A stretch of 64,000 nucleotides of DNA from an uncultured Pseudomonadota bacterium (GTDB lineage: Bacteria > Babelota > Babeliae > Babelales > CAIQNR01): the NCBI GenBank assembly GCA_964604015.1, contig CAZRXF010000006.1, positions 16,487 to 80,486 of the forward strand. Direction: 5' to 3'. The notes under the pieces were generated by a model. The model had not been told where the DNA came from. It saw only the letters and a program-made list of their open reading frames with translations, and ran no database searches. Numbering within the stretch: position 1 is the stretch's first letter; every line of letters begins with the position of its first letter. A program made the position numbers and the translations under genes. Below, piece by piece: positions 63,843 to 64,000 of the stretch.

Positions 63843-64000
63843 ATGTTTATTGATGTAAAGCTTATTTCCGGATTTTCAAAACCCCTGACCTACAAGGTTC
63901 CTGAGGGGTGGCACAACATCTGTCCAGGCACCATAGTTCGTGTCCCTCTACGCGCAGGCCGCGTTCTTGGCCTGGTACTCAAAACCTACGCAGAGCAGCC
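63843..64000 (+). CDS. priA: primosomal protein N' (PriA), N-terminal fragment truncated by the window end
   Basis: The open frame from the ATG at 63843 reads MFIDVKLISGFSKPLTYKVPEGWHNICPGTIVRVPLRAGRVLGLVLKTYAEQ. This matches the PriA N-terminal pattern (..ltY.vp.....G..V.VP...r...G.v). Confidence 0.7.
   Translation, partial: MFIDVKLISGFSKPLTYKVPEGWHNICPGTIVRVPLRAGRVLGLVLKTYAEQ

Noticed and set aside
1-64000. I looked for CRISPR arrays, tRNA or rRNA genes, IS or transposase genes, toxin-antitoxin pairs and recognisable defence-system genes.
   Set aside because: None were found. The only T-arm-like GGTTCGA(T/A)TCC motif is in ssrA. There are no regularly spaced direct repeats, and no ORF has transposase, integrase, nuclease-helicase or NTPase-defence signatures recognisable by eye.

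Overview
This is a 64-kb bacterial chromosomal window of moderate GC, densely coding, with about 60 genes. I found no rRNA, tRNA, CRISPR array, transposase or integrase.

Layout:
- 1-12 kb: housekeeping genes (rpsA, ndk, murI, nusB, efp, glyA) interleaved with two very large secreted proteins.
- 12-36.4 kb: a roughly 24-kb cell-surface glycan cluster. It contains methyltransferases, a GtrB/ArnC-like GT2 next to a polytopic membrane protein, a CDP-hexose branch (rfbF, a 4,6-dehydratase, an RmlC-like epimerase, a DegT-type aminotransferase), a Wzm/Wzt ABC exporter, tandem GT-like paralogues, an AsnB-like amidotransferase and wecB/wecC.
- 36.5-64 kb: housekeeping genes again (HIT, alaS, pth, skp-like, P-type ATPase, smpB-ssrA, tsaD, rho, secF, rpmA, thyX, polA, start of priA), mixed with many signal-peptide proteins of unknown or eukaryote-like type.

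Observations most worth a second look:
1. One GT4 glycosyltransferase is encoded as two half-genes 10.9 kb apart. They bracket the whole ABC-exporter/CDP-sugar module.
2. A signal-peptide-bearing, catalytically degenerate paralogue of the AlaRS aminoacylation domain lies next to tsaD.
3. A 715-aa secreted helical protein ends in the Hsp90-type pentapeptide MEEVD and carries a bipartite-NLS-like basic cluster.
4. Two unexplained structured non-coding elements occur at 12.8-13.2 kb and 63.6-63.8 kb.
5. Three small secreted proteins sit in tandem and share a helical motif.
6. Rho has a Q/R/G/S-rich N-terminal extension.

The secreted ankyrin, secreted PP2C, MEEVD/NLS-like motifs and thyX suggest a host-associated, possibly amoeba-associated, Gram-negative lineage. 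That is inference only. All calls come from reading the translations and DNA by eye; no database search was run.
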